A DNA stretch of 62,637 bases, counting the filler, from Polymyxa betae A26-41 (Eukaryota > Protista > Endomyxa: Phytomyxea): the NCBI GenBank assembly GCA_003693705.1. It is 4 parts of 4 records of this genome, joined end to end, with 100 filler letters (N's around TTAATTAATTAA, not from the genome) between each part and the next. Parts side by side here need not be neighbours in the genome. Positions count along the whole stretch, not along the records: positions 30,869 to 60,169 come from RBZT01000859.1; positions 60,270 to 62,637 come from RBZT01000077.1; 2 more parts are not named here. The stretch is one strand, 5' to 3'. The translations under genes were made by a program, and so were the position numbers. Each line of letters begins with the position of its first letter. The stretch's first letter is position 1. Positions 60,089-62,637 of this stretch are shown in pieces. The notes beneath the pieces are model-generated. The model was not told where the DNA came from, did no database searches, and saw only the letters and a list, made by a program, of their open reading frames with translations.

Positions 60089-60169
60089 TTTATTATTTAA
60101 CTACAGCCGTCGGAGACAGGCTGGACCTGGCCAGGGGGGGCTACCTGGCAGGTGGTCGGACCGGGGGGC

Positions 60170-60269
60170 NNNNNNNNNNNNNNNNNNNNNNNNNNNNNNN
60201 NNNNNNNNNNNNNTTAATTAATTAANNNNNNNNNNNNNNNNNNNNNNNNNNNNNNNNNNNNNNNNNNNN
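60170..60269. other. Artificial contig spacer
   Basis: N44-TTAATTAATTAA-N44. Confidence 0.98.
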
Positions 60270-60510
60270 ATGAAGACCTACTCTAATAATAATGGGCTCG
60301 ACTCCCAGAGGTCCGTACGGTGTCCGTACGGACTGAGCTGAATGAAGCTGGGACTCGAGCTGGAAATAAAACACAATTCATTACGATCTGACCGAAGTGC
60401 TGCCAGATTTTGTAGTAACCTGAAATCGCGATCTGAAGAATTCGCTCTATGGCGCAACCGCCAATAAGCATCATGAGTGCAGCCCGAAAACGCCTGAAGA
60501 AAGGCAACGA

Positions 60511-61333
60511 ATGGAGCCGATTCCTTATGCTAAAATAGTTGGAAGTTTATTATGGCTTTCAACACGGACCAGACAAGATATTACCGAAATTGTCGGGATT
60601 TTAAGTCGCTATACTCATAGTCCTGGCTTAGATCATTGGATCCACGCGAAACGAGTTTTAGACTATGTGGTGGCAACAAAAGACTTATGTTGGAAGTTCA
60701 CGCAGAGCTCGAAATTCCAAACCTTATCGGTTACGTAGATAGCGATTTCGCTAGCGATATTGGGACACGGCGATCTGTCACAGGATTTGTATTTCTCATG
60801 GCCGGTGGTCCAATTAGTTGGAAGAGCCAGACAAAAACCCATGTCGATACCTCATCGGTAATGGCAGAGTATGTTTCGATTTACGAGGCAGCAAGGGATA
60901 CTTTTTCAATCCGTCAGTTTCTCAATGAGATTGGTTTTCGACAAAATTCTCCAACAGCGATTTTTTTATGATAACAGTGCAGCTATATCTATCGCCAGCA
61001 ATTCTCGAACTGAAGAGCGCTCCAAACATATCGATATCAAATTCCACTACACTCGTGAATTGGTTGAGGGTTGCGAAATCAAGTTGCAGCATTGCGGCAC
61101 CAGTGTGATGACCGCTGATTATTAACGAAACAAGTTTCGACCCAGAAGTTCCTAGGGTGTCGGCAGCAGATAGGCTTGCAATTATACCCGTCGTCAGTTT
61201 GGGAGGGCGTGTAGTTCAGCCACTGTGACTGCTAGGCAATCTGCCAACGTGGTCAAACTAAGTGAATAGTAATTCAGCTCAGTTCAATTTCTAGTTTGTT
61301 CTAGACAGGACTCACAGCACGTAGATCTACACA
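60511..61333 (+). mobile_element. Copia 3' end: RT tail, RNase H (frameshifted), PPT and short 3' LTR (about 61210-61333)
   Basis: PYAKIVGSLLWLSTRTRQDI, GYVDSDFASD..RRSVTGFVF..GGPISWKS, AEYV, DNSAAI, RSKHIDIKFH; GGGAGGGCG followed by TGTAG...TCTACACA. Confidence 0.95.
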
Positions 61334-61340
61334 CATCCTA

Positions 61341-62258
61341 CCGTAGCGGTCACCTATACTCGACAATTTGTCCAGAAAGTCCAATTCTACATACAAAAAG
61401 TCCGTACGCAATTTTTCGGAAAATGTCCGAAATTTTATTGAAAACTATTATAATTCTGCCATAATGGATGCCGGAATGGTTCGACGGCCGCGGCACTTTC
61501 GCAAGGCGTGCTCAACCTGATTTATCAAGAGAAACTGCCCGTTAAGATTATATGATGTTAAACGGCGACAGTTTTCCATTTCCTCCTGTGAGTGAAACTT
61601 CGAGGCAAGCATTTTTGATCAATAACGCACATCACCTGCATCTTCCTTTTCGCTTTCATAGCGAACAACAAAGATCTTCCAAAACCATCGTGGGATTTAC
61701 GAGTTCGAGGTTTCGCCCCCGGGAGTCCATCGAATAACATCGATATCGAGATAAACGTCTTCTACTTTAGCTAAATCGTCTACCATTCATCTGTCAAAGC
61801 AGCAGGGCCGGGGCTCGGCACCATCGCGTTCTCAACGGTCCCCTGGCGAGGAAGACGAGCAGCCACCATGCGACGAGCATGCTGAGTCGTTTGTTCGGAC
61901 GTGGCATCGAATGACACCGCCTGCCAGCGATTAACTGACATGGATTCGCAAAACCCGCACTTGACAAAACTGCGAGAGTGGCGCAGCCCCCGCATTTTTT
62001 TGCGTGACTGTATATCACATATTTGCGTACGGTATTATACCGTCCAAATCTCATCAATGCCCTATTAAAAACTATAAATGCGGAAGCCTATAACTCCGTT
62101 GATATTTCGAATTTACAAAATTGGAGAACTGAGCTGTATTCCTCTGGACGACATCTATCGATTGCAGTTGTCATAATTTTGATATGGCGTTCCGCCATGG
62201 ATCCTTAGGGTCTTTAGTACCCCTATCTGAAATTGTCGAGTATAGGTGACCGCTACGG
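61341..62258. mobile_element. Non-autonomous Tc1/mariner-pogo-type element (918 bp) with perfect 29-bp TIRs and TA TSD
   Basis: CCGTAGCGGTCACCTATACTCGACAATTT at 61341-61369 and its exact reverse complement at 62230-62258; TA on both sides. Confidence 0.93.
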
Positions 62259-62637
62259 TATGTGTTGAAGCCTACCGAGGCAAATAAAGTCGATGTTTTG
62301 GTAAACAGACTGTTATAAGGAGTGAATGTATTGCCAGCCTCGTAGGCTCTTATATATAAAATAATATTAACACATGACAATATACCTAAGAACTCCGTGG
62401 CGGAGTTACCGAGCGTCAGTCGGTCGTCGCCATGCACGACAGGAGTGGAGTTGCCATACGTCAGCCTGTCGTGGGTGGTAGCTGCCTCCAGTGCGGTGTG
62501 GCCATGTTTGTCTGTAGCGTAGGAGCAGTACTGGAGCCGGTCGCGTATTCCAATGTTGGCGTCAAGTCTTGACACTCCCCCTCGAACAGATGTTGGTAAC
62601 ATCTGGTCGGAAACGTCCTTGATGCCCATATGCTCGC

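Overview
Eukaryotic genomic DNA with short (about 45-60 nt) GT-AG introns. The gene content is compatible with a protist or fungus-like parasite such as a phytomyxid, but the organism is only an inference. The window joins four contigs through artificial N44-TTAATTAATTAA-N44 spacers (17218-17317, 30769-30868, 60170-60269), so nothing can be paired across them. Positions 1-39 kb and 57-62.6 kb are mostly nested, decayed transposons: MULE, pogo/Tigger, PIF/Harbinger, hAT, a mariner-type non-autonomous element, Copia, chromodomain Gypsy and a Penelope-like element. Positions 39.4-56.6 kb form a compact gene island: UBE2Q-like E2, epsin, a head-to-head pair of secreted hevein/CBM18-like GPI-type proteins, dephospho-CoA kinase, threonine dehydratase, a membrane protein, a secreted tyrosinase-like protein that has lost its CuB histidines, an EF-hand protein and a TBL/PC-esterase O-acetyltransferase-like protein. 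The best leads are the pseudo-tyrosinase, the hevein-like pair with an unrecognised 4-Cys module, LTR-like insertions with an asymmetric end (4-bp TSD plus 2 extra nt at one end, one copy possibly spliceable in frame), two tandem arrays of structured non-coding units, and a Penelope-like ORF that stops at TTAGGG repeats. All calls come from reading the sequence by eye; no searches were run.
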